DNA of 63,257 bases, the filler included, from Rhabdomonas costata (lineage: Eukaryota): NCBI GenBank assembly GCA_019059605.1. It is 49 parts of 49 records of this genome, joined end to end, with 100 filler letters (N's around TTAATTAATTAA, not from the genome) between each part and the next. Parts side by side here need not be neighbours in the genome. Positions count along the whole stretch, not along the records: positions 36,203 to 37,396 come from JAHMHO010024176.1; positions 37,497 to 38,690 come from JAHMHO010024177.1; positions 38,791 to 39,983 come from JAHMHO010024178.1; positions 40,084 to 41,276 come from JAHMHO010024179.1; positions 41,377 to 42,569 come from JAHMHO010024180.1; positions 42,670 to 43,862 come from JAHMHO010024181.1; positions 43,963 to 45,155 come from JAHMHO010024182.1; positions 45,256 to 46,448 come from JAHMHO010024183.1; 41 more parts are not named here. One strand, written 5' to 3'. The translations under genes were made by a program, and so were the position numbers. A model generated the notes under the pieces. The model ran no database searches and was not told where the DNA came from. It saw only the letters and a list, made by a program, of their open reading frames with translations. Positions 36,103-48,507 of this stretch are shown here, piece by piece. Position 1 is the first letter of the stretch. Every line of letters begins with the position of its first letter.

Positions 36103-36466
36103 NNNNNNNNNNNNNNNNNNNNNNNNNNNNNNNNNNNNNNNNNNNNTTAATTAATTAANNNNNNNNNNNNNNNNNNNNNNNNNNNNNNNNNNNNNNNNNN
36201 NNGGCAGCAAAGAAGACAGCGAATTAAAAAACGAAATGAAACTGTTCTAGGAGACTTCCTCAACTCAAAGTCTCAAACAAGTTGACAAACAGTTACTTCA
36301 AATCCCCTTTACAGAGGAGTGCTTCAATTGTGCTTGCATTTCTGAAGTAGAGCAAGAACAACGAAACCATCAGCCAGCACCCATCCATTACGACATCCAC
36401 AACCACGGGGTGGGTCATGGTGCTCGTGCTCGTGCTCGTGGTCGCCTGTTCTGACATAGGTGTGGA

Positions 36467-36561
36467 TCTGCTCTACCCGCCCTCCCCCGTGCTGCACGAC
36501 AGGGTTGTGGCGGCGAGGGGTGGGTCCATGAGCATCACCATCACCACCATGAACGGCATCC
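36467..36561. repeat. Short dispersed repeat shared with 32118-32210
   Basis: Direct sequence similarity; lies downstream of the second visible alpha-SNAP exon, probably intronic. Confidence 0.85.
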
Positions 36562-36775
36562 GGAAGAAACACAACGAAAACGCAATGAAGACCATGGTGG
36601 ACAACGCTCTATTCCTCAAATACCTTAAGAGCCCCTCACAGCGTCCCAATTGTGCAATGCTGAATGAGCTGAAAATCTAAAACCAAATCTCATCATCACG
36701 CAACAAACGGACCTCCCAACGGTCAATTTTATCATCCCTTAGGGGTTTTACCCAAACGAGACATGTTCGCGCCAC

Positions 36776-37089
36776 CTTCTTGAAGGAAGCCCGCTGCTTT
36801 CAAGGGATTGACTTTCTTGTACATAGCTGCGGCCTCAGCGAGATTGTCTGCGGTATCCAGAGGTTCCCTGAGATGGCAAAGAACGAAAAGAAAACGCTGT
36901 TTCCGAAAAAACAAAAAGCCTGAAAGGATATGATCGGAACCGCAATGGAGCATGAAAAAGCATGCTTTAGTTTTGCACAGCACTCCGACGCACGAATGAA
37001 AGCCCTCCCGGCCTCCTCCCAAAGGCTCGCTCCCTTGAACTGATTCGCAGCTTGAAGAAAGAGCGGCTTGGCATCCTCGTACTTGTTTC
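36776..37089 (-). CDS. NAPA: Alpha-soluble NSF attachment protein, partial; exons 37089-36966, 36867-36776
   Basis: GNKYEDAKPLFLQAANQFKGASLWEEAGRAFIRASECCAKLK|EPLDTADNLAEAAAMYKKVNPLKAAGFLQE is collinear with alpha-SNAP/Sec17. Confidence 0.92.
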
Positions 37090-37496
37090 CTGCAGACACA
37101 AAGGCACTGAGAGAAGTCAAACCATTCACCTTTTCCGTGCGTCTTTCGCTTTCAAACAAAAAGCATTTTCCTTCAACGGCTGCACGGGCTGTGCATTTTT
37201 CTACCAATCCAACAGACACAAAGCACTCGACCCCCACGTCAAGCACCGCTGTCCTGGACTGCAACGATTACCGACCGTTCGTCGAGTCCATTTCCAACGG
37301 AAATTTTGAACCCGAGTCGTTCCCTCCACAGAATGGTCGCGTTGTCATTTTCGCCGGAGCCGGTCCTTCGTGCAGCCAGGTAATTTCCACTGAAGTNNNN
37401 NNNNNNNNNNNNNNNNNNNNNNNNNNNNNNNNNNNNNNNNTTAATTAATTAANNNNNNNNNNNNNNNNNNNNNNNNNNNNNNNNNNNNNNNNNNNN

Positions 37497-37523
37497 GTGG
37501 TGGGTGTGTTTGGTTTGTTGTGG
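37497..37523 (+). other. Whole-genome-amplification primer remnant
   Basis: GTGGTGGGTGTGTTTGG plus a G/T-only tail at the contig start resembles the GenomePlex/PicoPLEX-type adaptor (TGTGTTGGGTGTGTTTGG). Confidence 0.75.
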
Positions 37524-37780
37524 AAGGTTCACCTTCTCGGTGCATTCGTTAGTTGGGACGTTCAATAGACCATTTCCTTGCACGCATCATGAGCTAACAA
37601 TATCTTCATATGCTACACAAAAGAACATGCTTTTCAAAATGTTATTCATTGTGTAACAAATAAACAGCTTTTTCTAAGAAAGTTATAATTAAAACATTAT
37701 GAAAACACCATTTAACTGTTTCCGGCACTGAAGTTTGATATATCATTTGGAAATCATTTGGTTTTAGTTTACTTAATATT

Positions 37781-38242
37781 TGACAAAACTCGGATAAAAA
37801 GGGGCTTAAAATGGACAATAATTCGGTATCTCGTTACCCCCTTCCCCCGCCGGTCAATGTTGGGTTGGTCCCGAAAACGTGCAGTGCCGGGAGGGACACT
37901 TCACCACCATGGTTTTCGATCCAACATTTACGAAACGTGGGCAGGGGTCAAATTTGTAGTAGAAAATCGCTTAAACTGCCACCAAAACGGGCAAAATGGG
38001 CACAAAAAGGGCAAAATGGGTAAGAAATGGGCCACAAAACGCGAAAAACGATCCCAAAATATGGCCCAGACGCCATTGTTGGCGGAAGTGGAGTATTTTA
38101 AAAAAGCTTTATGGTAACCAATCATAACATGGAGGGAACAGGACCTGAGAAGCGTTTGCACGCAAGAAGGTGAATTATTGTCCACTTTTTCGATAGTGAT
38201 GGCACCTTTTTAAATCGAGTTTTGTCATATAAAATGGTCGAA
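37781..38242. repeat. MITE-like dispersed repeat, copy 2
   Basis: Colinear with 30280-30708; same inverted ends (37781.. and ..38227); unrelated AT-rich flanks. Confidence 0.85.
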
Positions 38243-38790
38243 TTGGCGAATAGATTGGCTTGGGTGTTTACCAATGAAGCTCTGGTTTTGCTCTGGTGAA
38301 CAAACATCAAGCGTTGTTGCGCCATCGTTCGACTATTTCTTGCGCATTAAAATGGCTTATTTTGTAGAGGTGCATGATAACGTGTCATTGAAGTGAGACA
38401 CATAAGCTATGAAAACATTTGTTGTGTGCAGATAAAAAGCTTTCATTACAAAACCTGACGCTAAACTGTACCATTGCATTCAAGTGTGTTACAGTGACCT
38501 GAAATATTCCACAACGTTGTAAGTGTACTCTCCTGCTCATTTTTGTATCATCTATCAGTCTCCCTCTTCTATACACTAATGCGCTTAATTTGTTTTAAAT
38601 GCTGTGAAGTCATTGTGGTTCGCGTGTAACAAAGTCTTGTAGAAACGTAGAGTATCAGCTGTCTCTAAAGCATCTTGTCAACGCGTGGTGNNNNNNNNNN
38701 NNNNNNNNNNNNNNNNNNNNNNNNNNNNNNNNNNTTAATTAATTAANNNNNNNNNNNNNNNNNNNNNNNNNNNNNNNNNNNNNNNNNNNN

Positions 38791-39012
38791 AGGGTCCACA
38801 CCAATGGGATCGACGGTTGCTGGGGCCGCCTCAAGACCTGGATCAACTCTCGCGGAGGGATCAAAGATCACCTCTTGTGGGACAATATGAAGGAGTTTCA
38901 GTGGAGATACAATCTCCTGGTTGACGCTGACCCCTGTTTGTGCCTGTTGGACGCTGTTCGGAATGGTCATTTTCCTTTTTTAATCTTCTTCCTGTGGTGG
39001 GTCCAATAATCC
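38791..39012 (+). mobile_element. Merlin/IS1595(ISXO2)-like transposase C-terminus with possible right end
   Basis: VHTNGIDGCWGRLKTWINSRGGIKDHLLWDNMKEFQWRYN..DP..LLDAVRNGHF matches the HTN.IE..W..LK and EF.WR.N motifs. Followed by GGTCCAATAATCC. Confidence 0.85.
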
Positions 39013-40387
39013 AGTTATGCCGAATATGTATAACCCCCTCTCTCTATCGCTACCAAGGGATCAGCGTTGAGTGCTTTTGGATGCACCTTCCCACGCCACA
39101 CCACAACACTGACTGTTGGAGGGGGGACCTGCTCCGAGATTTGGCTAATTCTGGCCTTTTTCGATCGTTTTGGGGGATTTTGGCAGGATGCGGGGAGGGA
39201 GACAATTAGAAATAATGGCCCCTTCTTTCTTACATAAAGATGCATTACAAATCAAACTTTCCCATAGTAATATCAACCATGACTGAATGCTAACCTCTGG
39301 TTCTCAGCGGAAGCAGCGGCAGGCTCAGTGGAGGATCGAGACTTCGGTGAGGAGAGACTCACCATCCCTGATAACAGCAACCAATGTGAAGACAATCCAA
39401 TGATTCGGAACTCGCATCCGCAACACAAGGATAACAAAACCCGCTCAAGAAACTGCTTTCGCTCCACAGAACGCCAACGTGACAACGTGACGTTGCTCGG
39501 AGTGTTTCGCAGGCGAAGGCAGAGATGGTAAAGGAAGAAATAGGAAACTTCGGTTTTTTGTGTATACAAAAGAGCGAGATACTTTAGGAGGAGCAGTGAC
39601 GGGCAGTAGGCATCATGATTATCATCATCAGTGAGCAGGGAAGGCTGGGAAATTAAGGGGTTAGAGGGTGGTGAGCACCAGCGCAAAAGTCTTTCCCCCG
39701 ATAAATCAATGCCCCCCCCCCGAAAGGGTTCACCGAAGAGAGTCTTATCCCTAACACCACCACCAGCACTACCACTACCACCTCTACTAAAGGGATGGAA
39801 AATCACCGTCACCTTGCAGCAAACTTTCGCCTTGCTACCTCGAAGGAGAAAAAAAAAGGAGAAACAACACTCGGGTGGGCTGATTTGTTTAACCTGCAAT
39901 CAGCCTTTCCACGCAAAAACTGCAGTGAACCAGTGTCGCCCTTCAGTCCCCACAAGTCCAACTGACAGGGCCCAAGCCTAACCNNNNNNNNNNNNNNNNN
40001 NNNNNNNNNNNNNNNNNNNNNNNNNNNTTAATTAATTAANNNNNNNNNNNNNNNNNNNNNNNNNNNNNNNNNNNNNNNNNNNNTCATCTCCCTCGGCTGG
40101 AAAAGCAAAAACGGTGGGTTCTCCGTTCCTTGTTGTTATTTCTTTTCCGCTTGATTGATTTTGGATAGTTTGGGAGCTGTTGAACGCATGTGCGGTATTT
40201 GCTATTTGTATTTTGCATTTGTGTTCCGTCTTCGTTAGGAAGAAGTATTTTTCACACCTTCCCTCCCTCTGTTGTGCCTTCGATCTCACTACCATGGTTT
40301 ATTTGTCTGTTGACAATCCGGTTTATTTGTTCCAGAGGAAGGCGATTTGTTGATGATGGTGAGTTTCTGTGCCTTTCCTTTGCTCAG

Positions 40388-41276
40388 TTGGAGGCGCTTC
40401 CCTTGGTTGTTGTGGGGCAGCCGCCACCCGACCAGCAGGCCCACGTCTCGCAGGGGCTGGGGCTGAACCCCCACGACCGCCGGCTGGTGTTCCCCTGCCT
40501 ACTGGTGAATTTCCCCGCGCTGCGGTCGTTTGTGATCCGCAACGTCACTGGGGAGCCCCTCACCATTAGCCTCCAAAGCAGTGCGTGGGGAGTGAGAAAT
40601 ATAGTCGCAAGCGCGCTCCTTCTCATGCTGCCCGTTCGTCGAGTGGACGCTTGCTCACCCCTTTCTTTCTTTGCCGTTTTTTCCAGGAACCCTAACACTC
40701 TACTGATTCGATCGGTGTCCCCTCCACACCATAACAACCATCTTTACGTATCTTTACGGCGCTAGCCCATTATCAGTTATACGTCAGGAATCTTCTAGGC
40801 TTCTCTGCTCAGCGCTTCAGCCTTTGCTTTTCCGGTTTCAGGCTGCGGCTTGGCAATGCCCGACTCACCGCTGTGCCCGCTGAAGGCCGAGCTGTCGCTG
40901 TTTCAGAGACGCCGGTGCGCTTGCAATGGGTCGCAATTTTCTTTGTAAGATCATCTTCCCCAAAGTTCTTCCAAAACATTCCTTGTCAAAGCCTACTGGA
41001 TATACGAACCCCCCTCAAGTGAAGGTCGGACATAGATTTGTTCTCCGGCCGGTGGATGCTTAAATGAATTAGCTACAGCGCGCGTGTGTCGGCACGTGGG
41101 ACTTCACTCTCACTGCACACAGGGACTGCACGGAGGAGCAGAAGGCTGCTCTGCGGGCCCTGCTGCAGCCCTGTGAGGGGGACCCCCTTATGTGGTGGGG
41201 TAGCCCCGGCAGCAGTAGCAGCAGCAGCACGAACAGCAGCGGCACAGGCCCAGCTGTCTCCCCTCCCAACCCACCC
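40388..41276 (+). CDS. Multi-exon gene fragment with a possible ASH/Ig-like domain
   Basis: RLVFPCLLVNFPALRSFVIRNVTGEPLTISLQS, followed by two further in-frame GT-AG-bounded exons. Confidence 0.5.
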
Positions 41277-41888
41277 NNNNNNNNNNNNNNNNNNNNNNNN
41301 NNNNNNNNNNNNNNNNNNNNTTAATTAATTAANNNNNNNNNNNNNNNNNNNNNNNNNNNNNNNNNNNNNNNNNNNNGTTGTGGTTGGAGGGGGGGCCTGC
41401 GTGATATTCGGGGTGAGCGGGTGCGGGAGCTGGGCAGGCTGTGAGCCTTGCTGGGAACGTGAGATGTTGCACCATCTTCCCTGGATTGTCTAAAACATCT
41501 TCAAGATACTGGTTAGATGGTGGACCTGGGTTGCCTCCCAGTCACAGCTGGCATCCTTATCCCACCGCCTCAGCGGGCAGCACGCAATTATAGAGAAGTA
41601 AAGAAACGCACTTTATACGTTTGCTCATTCTTTCCGTTGGTCCCCGCTGTGTCACCCCTGCACCGCTCCAGCTTCACCCATCCGCATCTGGCTTCAAAAC
41701 AGTGGTTACATGTGATGTAGCAAGCCAGAAGAAGCGGATCAGTCAGGGAGAGGTAAGAATACCAGACCGCGCTTTGCATTGTTCGGGGATTGTGTTGCGG
41801 CGCCACACAGGTGTTGTCGGCGATGCGCAACGTACGATGCCTGGGCCCGGCGCATGGGCTGCTGAAGAGCTTCCGGCTGTTCCTGCAG

Positions 41889-42569
41889 GACAGCCAGGCC
41901 GTGAAGAGATGTCTGGACGACCAGGCCGCGGAGGTCTTCGTGTTCGCGAGTGCGCGTGCGTTCACATGAATTCCTCTCTTGGTAGTTCGGTAGGCCGGGA
42001 GGATCGTTTTCCCCATCTTCCTCGAGTGTTGGCGTCCTTGTTGGTGCTCTAATCGCCAAAAGGTGAAAAAGAGAGGACTGGAGGCCGAGGGGGTTGGATC
42101 ACTTGCTTCGGTTCAAGCGTTCAACTAATTCGCTGTGGGACCTTTTGGGACTGGAAGTGGACTGGAGCACGTGTAACTTGAGCTGGACTGGCCCGTTGGT
42201 GCTCATAATTGGTGGGGACGGCTGAACTTTTTTGTCTAAGTCGTGTGAAGCACATTCAGAGGTCCATTCTGGGCCTTTCGGCGTTCGCCGCATTTCCAAT
42301 AACTGGGGTGAGCACTTCTTATTACCGGCATCTCCCCCCCCCGAGCCTCGCACGAAAACCCTGGCACCCTCGCCCTATGCTCCATGTCTCTCGAAGTGGG
42401 AGTGGGGGCGAAGGGTCGTATGGGTGATGGGCGCGCTCAGATTCTAATAGATGAACTTGGCTCGGACCGGGAGAATTATCTCAGCAACCTGAAGCTCATT
42501 GTGGGGATACTGGCGATCGCCACGGCGCTGGTCAGCCAGTTCTACCCCCTGCCCTTCCCACAAAACCCC
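41889..42569 (+). CDS. SPCS2: Signal peptidase complex subunit 2 (SPC25), partial; exons about 41889-41933, 42441-42569
   Basis: DSQAVKRCLDDQAAE|ILIDELG..YLSNLKLIVGILAIATALVSQFYPLPFPQN fits the SPC25 K..LDD and SN.KL..G..QFY..FP.N pattern. Confidence 0.8.
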
Positions 42570-42715
42570 NNNNNNNNNNNNNNNNNNNNNNNNNNNNNNN
42601 NNNNNNNNNNNNNTTAATTAATTAANNNNNNNNNNNNNNNNNNNNNNNNNNNNNNNNNNNNNNNNNNNNCCCCCCACCCACACACAGTCACGGCGTACCC
42701 TTGCACAAAGGAAAC

Positions 42716-43769
42716 TTTCAGGATGCGGATGTTCTTCAGGAAGAGCAGGATGGGGTGCTCGATGGACTGCAAGGTCTGCTTCACCAGCGGAAGTACCTTG
42801 GACTTCAGCGGGAGAATGATGTTCGTGGTGTGAGGTTGGACGTAAACCGGGACCTCCTCGACCCAATGCGGGACAACGTACCCCATGGGGTCCTCCGAAG
42901 TCAGCCTGAAGGCATTATATGCGTGTGGAGTTCTTTAAAATCACAAAGGATGCGCTTGAAAGTAGCAGAGGGACCGGGTTTTATTTGCGTCCGTGAATAG
43001 AAAACGATGTGAAATGGGTCATTGGTCTGGAAGAAAAGTGCAGTAATCGATCGAGTTGCATAACAACATTTTCGGCGAAGTCATGCGAACTCATGACTTG
43101 GCACCACAATGAGGAGCAGCGTTACAGATATCGATGCGTGATGAATGGGCCGTGCTCTCTCTCTCTCTTCAGGCACCAGGTACGAACGATACCCAATGGG
43201 TGTTCCATTTGGCGCAATATACACCCTTGCTCTAAAAGGGCAAAGCCACCATGCTAAAAGGGCGGGAAGAAAACCTGAATTGAAAACGGTACTCGTTGGA
43301 AACGATCATTGGAGTGCTGCTGACAGCAAACACGCTCTTGAAGCCGATTCCCTTCTCCCCAATGAAGCCCACTTTCTTGGCCTTGGTGGACTGCCCACTG
43401 TCGCAGATCGCATAGACGTTGGCCTCACTGAAAAAAAACACCCACCCCGCCTACCGGTGCAACCAGACCCTCCCATGGTCTGAAGATGAGTATGGTCACT
43501 GAATGCCGTCATTACACCAACTGGTCAAAAGCTGGTTTAGCTTTACGATAGAGCCATGCAGACATCATGGTTCACTGAGGATGCAGGACGTGCAGGACGC
43601 CCCCCACAAAAGTCACATACCTGAAGCCCACCTCGTTGTTTACGACTTGAAGTAAGGGTGCTTGCAAGTCCAGCCGGAGCTCAAAAGTAGGCGTAACCTC
43701 AGCCTCGTAGCTGTTGTCGTCCGCGTTCTGCAGGAGCTCCAGCAGAAAGTGCGTGGATGTGGAGTACAG
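42716..43769 (-). CDS. NO VEIN/sacsin-like GHKL ATPase domain protein, partial; exons 43769-43621, 43427-43275, 42905-42716
   Basis: LYSTSTHFLLELLQNADDN, NNEVGFS, AICDSGQSTK, IGEKGIGFKSVF, GYVVPHW and LLFLKNI motifs; GT-AG introns in frame. Confidence 0.93.
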
Positions 43770-44430
43770 CTGCATGAAGGAAATGACGATAGTGAAGCGT
43801 AGTCATGTTAAGCAAAAGGCAGAAGCAGGGTTAACACAAGGTCCACTTTAGCTTTTCAATTCNNNNNNNNNNNNNNNNNNNNNNNNNNNNNNNNNNNNNN
43901 NNNNNNTTAATTAATTAANNNNNNNNNNNNNNNNNNNNNNNNNNNNNNNNNNNNNNNNNNNNGGTTGTGGTGAAATCGAACTTCATGAAGTTCGATTTCA
44001 CCACAAGGACTCCTGTCACCTTCTCCTCAGCAATGTCCTGCGCGACCCGGATGTGTACATAAAACATCCAGAACCTGAGGTCGTTGCGTCCTCCATGGTT
44101 CGCGACAGGTTTCGGCCGCAGTGTCAGGCCATCCTCAGCAGGATCTGGACCTTTCCAAAGCTCTGAATGATTACCTGAAAGATTGCAAGTGCAGAAGATG
44201 CCTGTTCAAGCCATAGACTTCCAGCCTCAATGATTTCGGCCACGTCAACAGCATTGACGCGAACAACCTCAAGTGGCCATATATCCGGACGAAAGCAAAG
44301 AGGTTCCGCAAGTTCCACCTTCAGGGGATATCGACCACGTCTTCTAGGAACTGAAGATCTCCATGGACTCTTAAGTCAGATGGCGCGATCGGTCAGATGA
44401 CGCGTCTCACAAAGCGCGAGAACTAGGCCG

Positions 44431-45060
44431 ATGCGGTATACGCAGCTTGAAAGAAGAGCTTGGCCAGAAAGGTGCAAGATGGCACTCACAGCCCTGAGCC
44501 GCAAGGTTTCCGGGGATGCAATTCGTGAAGCTCATGAGCATCTGGTTTTCCTTATGGATTACAGGGCTCCCCTTGGCATGGTGGTAGTCTGCAAGCGCTG
44601 GTACCAACAAGAAATGGCCAGATCTGGACAACAATTTCGAGCCATGCGACACCATGATCTGGAATGACGTGGAGTGCAAGGCAATTGAGTTCAACTCGAA
44701 CTGGTGCTTCTGCACTGTGGATGGAGTGGTGTACAACTACGGCATTTGGAAGCCGACAAATAAAAAGTTCCGATTTATTGTGGGAACAAAATCCAAACCC
44801 GCCCAGACCGGCAAAGAGCGCAACCAGTGTCCACCTTGGCAACCGCTATTAGAAGCCCACAAGACCCTCGTTTGCCTGCTGCAGGCAGTGTAGAAAACTA
44901 TCAAGTAAATGACAAGCAGCGCCAATGGGATGATGGCATCAAAGAGTTTTGTGGGAAAGACAGTGTCGGAGCGTTCACGCGAATGGTGAGAAACTCAAAA
45001 GATAAAGTCCTTGGGCATGTGCACAATACTTCTGCACCATGTAAAGGAGCGGGTTGGTGA
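44431..45060 (+). mobile_element. Degenerate second Penelope-like (Naiad/Chlamys-like) RT, N-terminal and fingers region
   Basis: Across frameshifts: HLVFLMDYRAPLGMVVVCKRWY (DK-box..VCK..Y), YNYGIWKPTNKKFRFIVG (motifs 1-2), QPLLEAHKTLVCLLQAV..GIK. Confidence 0.6.
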
Positions 45061-48000
45061 CCTTCTCTCATACCATATCACATATGATACGCCGCATAAT
45101 CATGGGAATGCAAATGTGTATGCCAGCCGCGCCTCAAATCTCCAACTTTGCTTGTNNNNNNNNNNNNNNNNNNNNNNNNNNNNNNNNNNNNNNNNNNNNT
45201 TAATTAATTAANNNNNNNNNNNNNNNNNNNNNNNNNNNNNNNNNNNNNNNNNNNNAAAGATGGGAGGCTGTTGCACACCTCCTCTTTTTCGCTTTCGCTT
45301 TCATTCCTTGTCTTCTCGTGGAGGGGAGGATGCATGTGCTTAAGGAGGCTATTTGGTGACCCACGACTCTGATTTTTGGCCGGATTCTTGGAACTTGGTC
45401 ATCTCTTCAACACGCACTAGCTGATTCCCTGGTTTTCCATTTTCCCGTGTTTCTTCAGTGTTCTTCGGTTCTGACGGCAATGAAAAGAGCCTTGTCCAAT
45501 GCGATGTCATGCTTCCGCTTGCCCACCCCCTACCTGCAGGCTTTCCTCGCGGCCGAGTTCCGGAGGGGGCTCCCCTTCGAGCTGGTGGCGGTGCGCGGGG
45601 TTTCGAGTCCCTGCTTCTTAGCCGCCCACTTGCGGGGCAGCCATCTGCCCCCCGGGGGTTCAACCCCTCATCAAGCACCAGCACCGGCATCGGCAGCATG
45701 GGTCGTTCCCTAAAATAGCTTCTCTCTGCAGGGTTGCGTCGGGATCTGCATTGACCCTTCAGCGAGACTGTGTTAATGTCTGTGCATGTTGATGTGCATA
45801 ATTCAGTGTACATTGTTCAGTGTGTACTCCCGTGTTTTCCCTGTGCTGTACTTTTGCTTGCGAAGTACTAAGTTGTTGTTGTTGTTGTTGTTGCAATGTA
45901 AGCTCTCGGACCGACCCTCAGTATTCGAGTGACTTCCTGCACGGAGTCATGCGACGAAGCTGATTGCCCGTGTCATCTATCCACCGCAATGAACATGGGG
46001 GGGGGCGTGATAGTGGTCCTCCCGCGCGCGTGATAAAGTTCTTATTGAATTGAATAAGGATCGTCTTCCAGCATGAAATCACCTGGGAGAAGATAGAATA
46101 AAACCTCTTTCTGTGCTTCCTAGTGCTTTTCTTTTCTTTGCGCGTTACACTCCGTTCCGCTACTCTTGCGGCGGAGAAAATGTCATGTGATGCTTTGACC
46201 TCCCAGCTGCGATATGGGCTGCCCACAGAGTCTTCAGCTGTGACTCCGACCTTTGAGCCTTCTCAGTTTGCTGTTTCGGCGACAGAACTGATGATGCCGG
46301 GGAGTGTTCCTGAGGCCCTGCCAGTTGCCCCACCAGTTGCAGTCGCAACAGTCATGTCACGTGATGTTGTGGTTACTGCCTCCGCCCGCAACGGCGGCGA
46401 AGAGCTCGCCTCTCAGCCCAGTTCGCGTGCTGGCAGTAACCACAACACNNNNNNNNNNNNNNNNNNNNNNNNNNNNNNNNNNNNNNNNNNNNTTAATTAA
46501 TTAANNNNNNNNNNNNNNNNNNNNNNNNNNNNNNNNNNNNNNNNNNNNGGTTGGTGGTCCTTCTCTATGTTCTTTGGGGCCTGGTAAACGCAGTAATAGC
46601 TTTGCCTTGTGTCCTGTCGCGTATCCGCTCATGTGCTCATTTGTCACACAATTGTATCCGTGCTATGAGCGTTTTCACTCTTGGAAGCTCTTTTTCGTCC
46701 TCCTCCACACACACTACGCACTCAGTTTGTGGTCTACCGAAAACCCTCTGTTTCCGGTGGCAACCACTGACTGAGGCACTGCGCCCTTCCCCCTTCAGAA
46801 TATAGCCAGATGCGCGCTCGTGTTTGCTTATGTTTCAGGCGCGCTGCCTGCAGCCCTTTTTTCCTGTAAACCGCACCGATTCTTGTTCTGTGATGTCGGT
46901 CTGGCTGTGCCTTTGTTGTCCCCTTGTTACCGGTCGTTAAAATGAGCTTTTGTGTCATCTCGCCCTGAGCGGAGGGGCGGCGTTAAACGTTCAGCAGGTG
47001 CTAAATGTTTCGCACGGTTGGTTGTTCAACGCTTTTAAGCGCCCATTTTTTCTGTCGAATTTTGGCGTATGTAGGGTGCGGCACAGTTCACGTGACACCG
47101 ATGATCACGAAAAACAACACGAAGAAGAACACGACCATTTTGATCGTTTAACGATGTTAGCAACGTGTATCGTCGAGAGTAACTGTGCGGCTTCAGTGTG
47201 CGCCGTCCTTTGAACACTGAACAATGTGACAATAAATGTAATCATTTCTTTTCGAAAGTAACCGTCGGCGCCCGCTCTCGCTGCGCTAGAACTGTGGAGA
47301 CCGCCCACTCGTTCGGCCGAACACCCCCAACAATTTTACAACTCTCCCTAGTGATGACCTTGCGCTCACGTGGTAGTGACTTTGGCTGTAACCGTAGCTA
47401 ACTTGAGCCTATGCTAGGGAGTGCCGGGGCGGACGGTACCCCTGCTGTGGTAGTTGTGATGTGAGCTGTAGAGTATGCCAGCAGGTCGCTTAGCGCTTTG
47501 TGATTGTGTTCAGGCTCGGGGGGGGGGGCTCCATGCAGTCTTGGAGGTTATATGTGTCCGTTCAGTTGTCTCTGCGTTGGAGAACGAAGCATTGGAAAAT
47601 CAAAAGAGGTGGAAGAAAATCAAATCAGATGCAAATCCAAGCAAGCAACGTGTGAGCAGTATACTTTTATCATATGGCGGCAAGGTGTGGGGGACCCCCA
47701 CGCACATCTGAGGTCCTTACGTGTCATAATCGCATTGCCCGNNNNNNNNNNNNNNNNNNNNNNNNNNNNNNNNNNNNNNNNNNNNTTAATTAATTAANNN
47801 NNNNNNNNNNNNNNNNNNNNNNNNNNNNNNNNNNNNNNNNNGTTGTGGTGTCATTGGTAGTCCTTGGTAGCGCCCCGGAAGAATGAGGTCCAGTTCTGGG
47901 TCTTACCGTCGGATGCGCAACAACTGTACGTGTGGTTGGCGGTTGTGGTGGTTGATGGCAAACGTGCAAGGTGGGTCTTAGGTCTTTAGCGCTCCTTGTC

Positions 48001-48507
48001 GTCCATGTGCAACTTCAAACTGTGAGCGCTGTTAAGCCCCTAAGAACAGAAATCTCAATAATTATCAGAATGTCCGAAAGCAACGAGATAAGGTACCCTT
48101 TCCGAGGTGGGATCTGATGTGCATGGTGGTGCTCCAATTCCATTTTGACGATGGGCAGGTTTTCTTCGCTCTTGCGCAGGTGACCACGTTTGGGTGGGCA
48201 CTTTTCCTTCCCAGCGGTCCACCCCGCGTCCTTCCCTCGCAGCGGGCTTCATGAAACACCGTTTGGGTAAGCGTTTGTACGCACACACACAAACGTCTGT
48301 GATCGTCGTGAACTTTTCCGCTCGGGACTTTTTTTTGCTTCACTCCTCCCAGCGGATTGCCAACAGGAGTTAGAGATTATTATCTTCCTATTACATGATA
48401 AGATGCCTTTTTCTGATGCTGTGCTGTGCGTCCCTTCGCGAATTTTAAGTGGCCCTCTGTTGTTCCCTCACTACTTTCCTCTGCATGTTCCGTGTGCTTG
48501 CCTTCAG

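Noticed and set aside
43965-44006. 42-bp perfect palindrome
   Set aside because: Located at the contig start; likely hairpin self-priming artefact.
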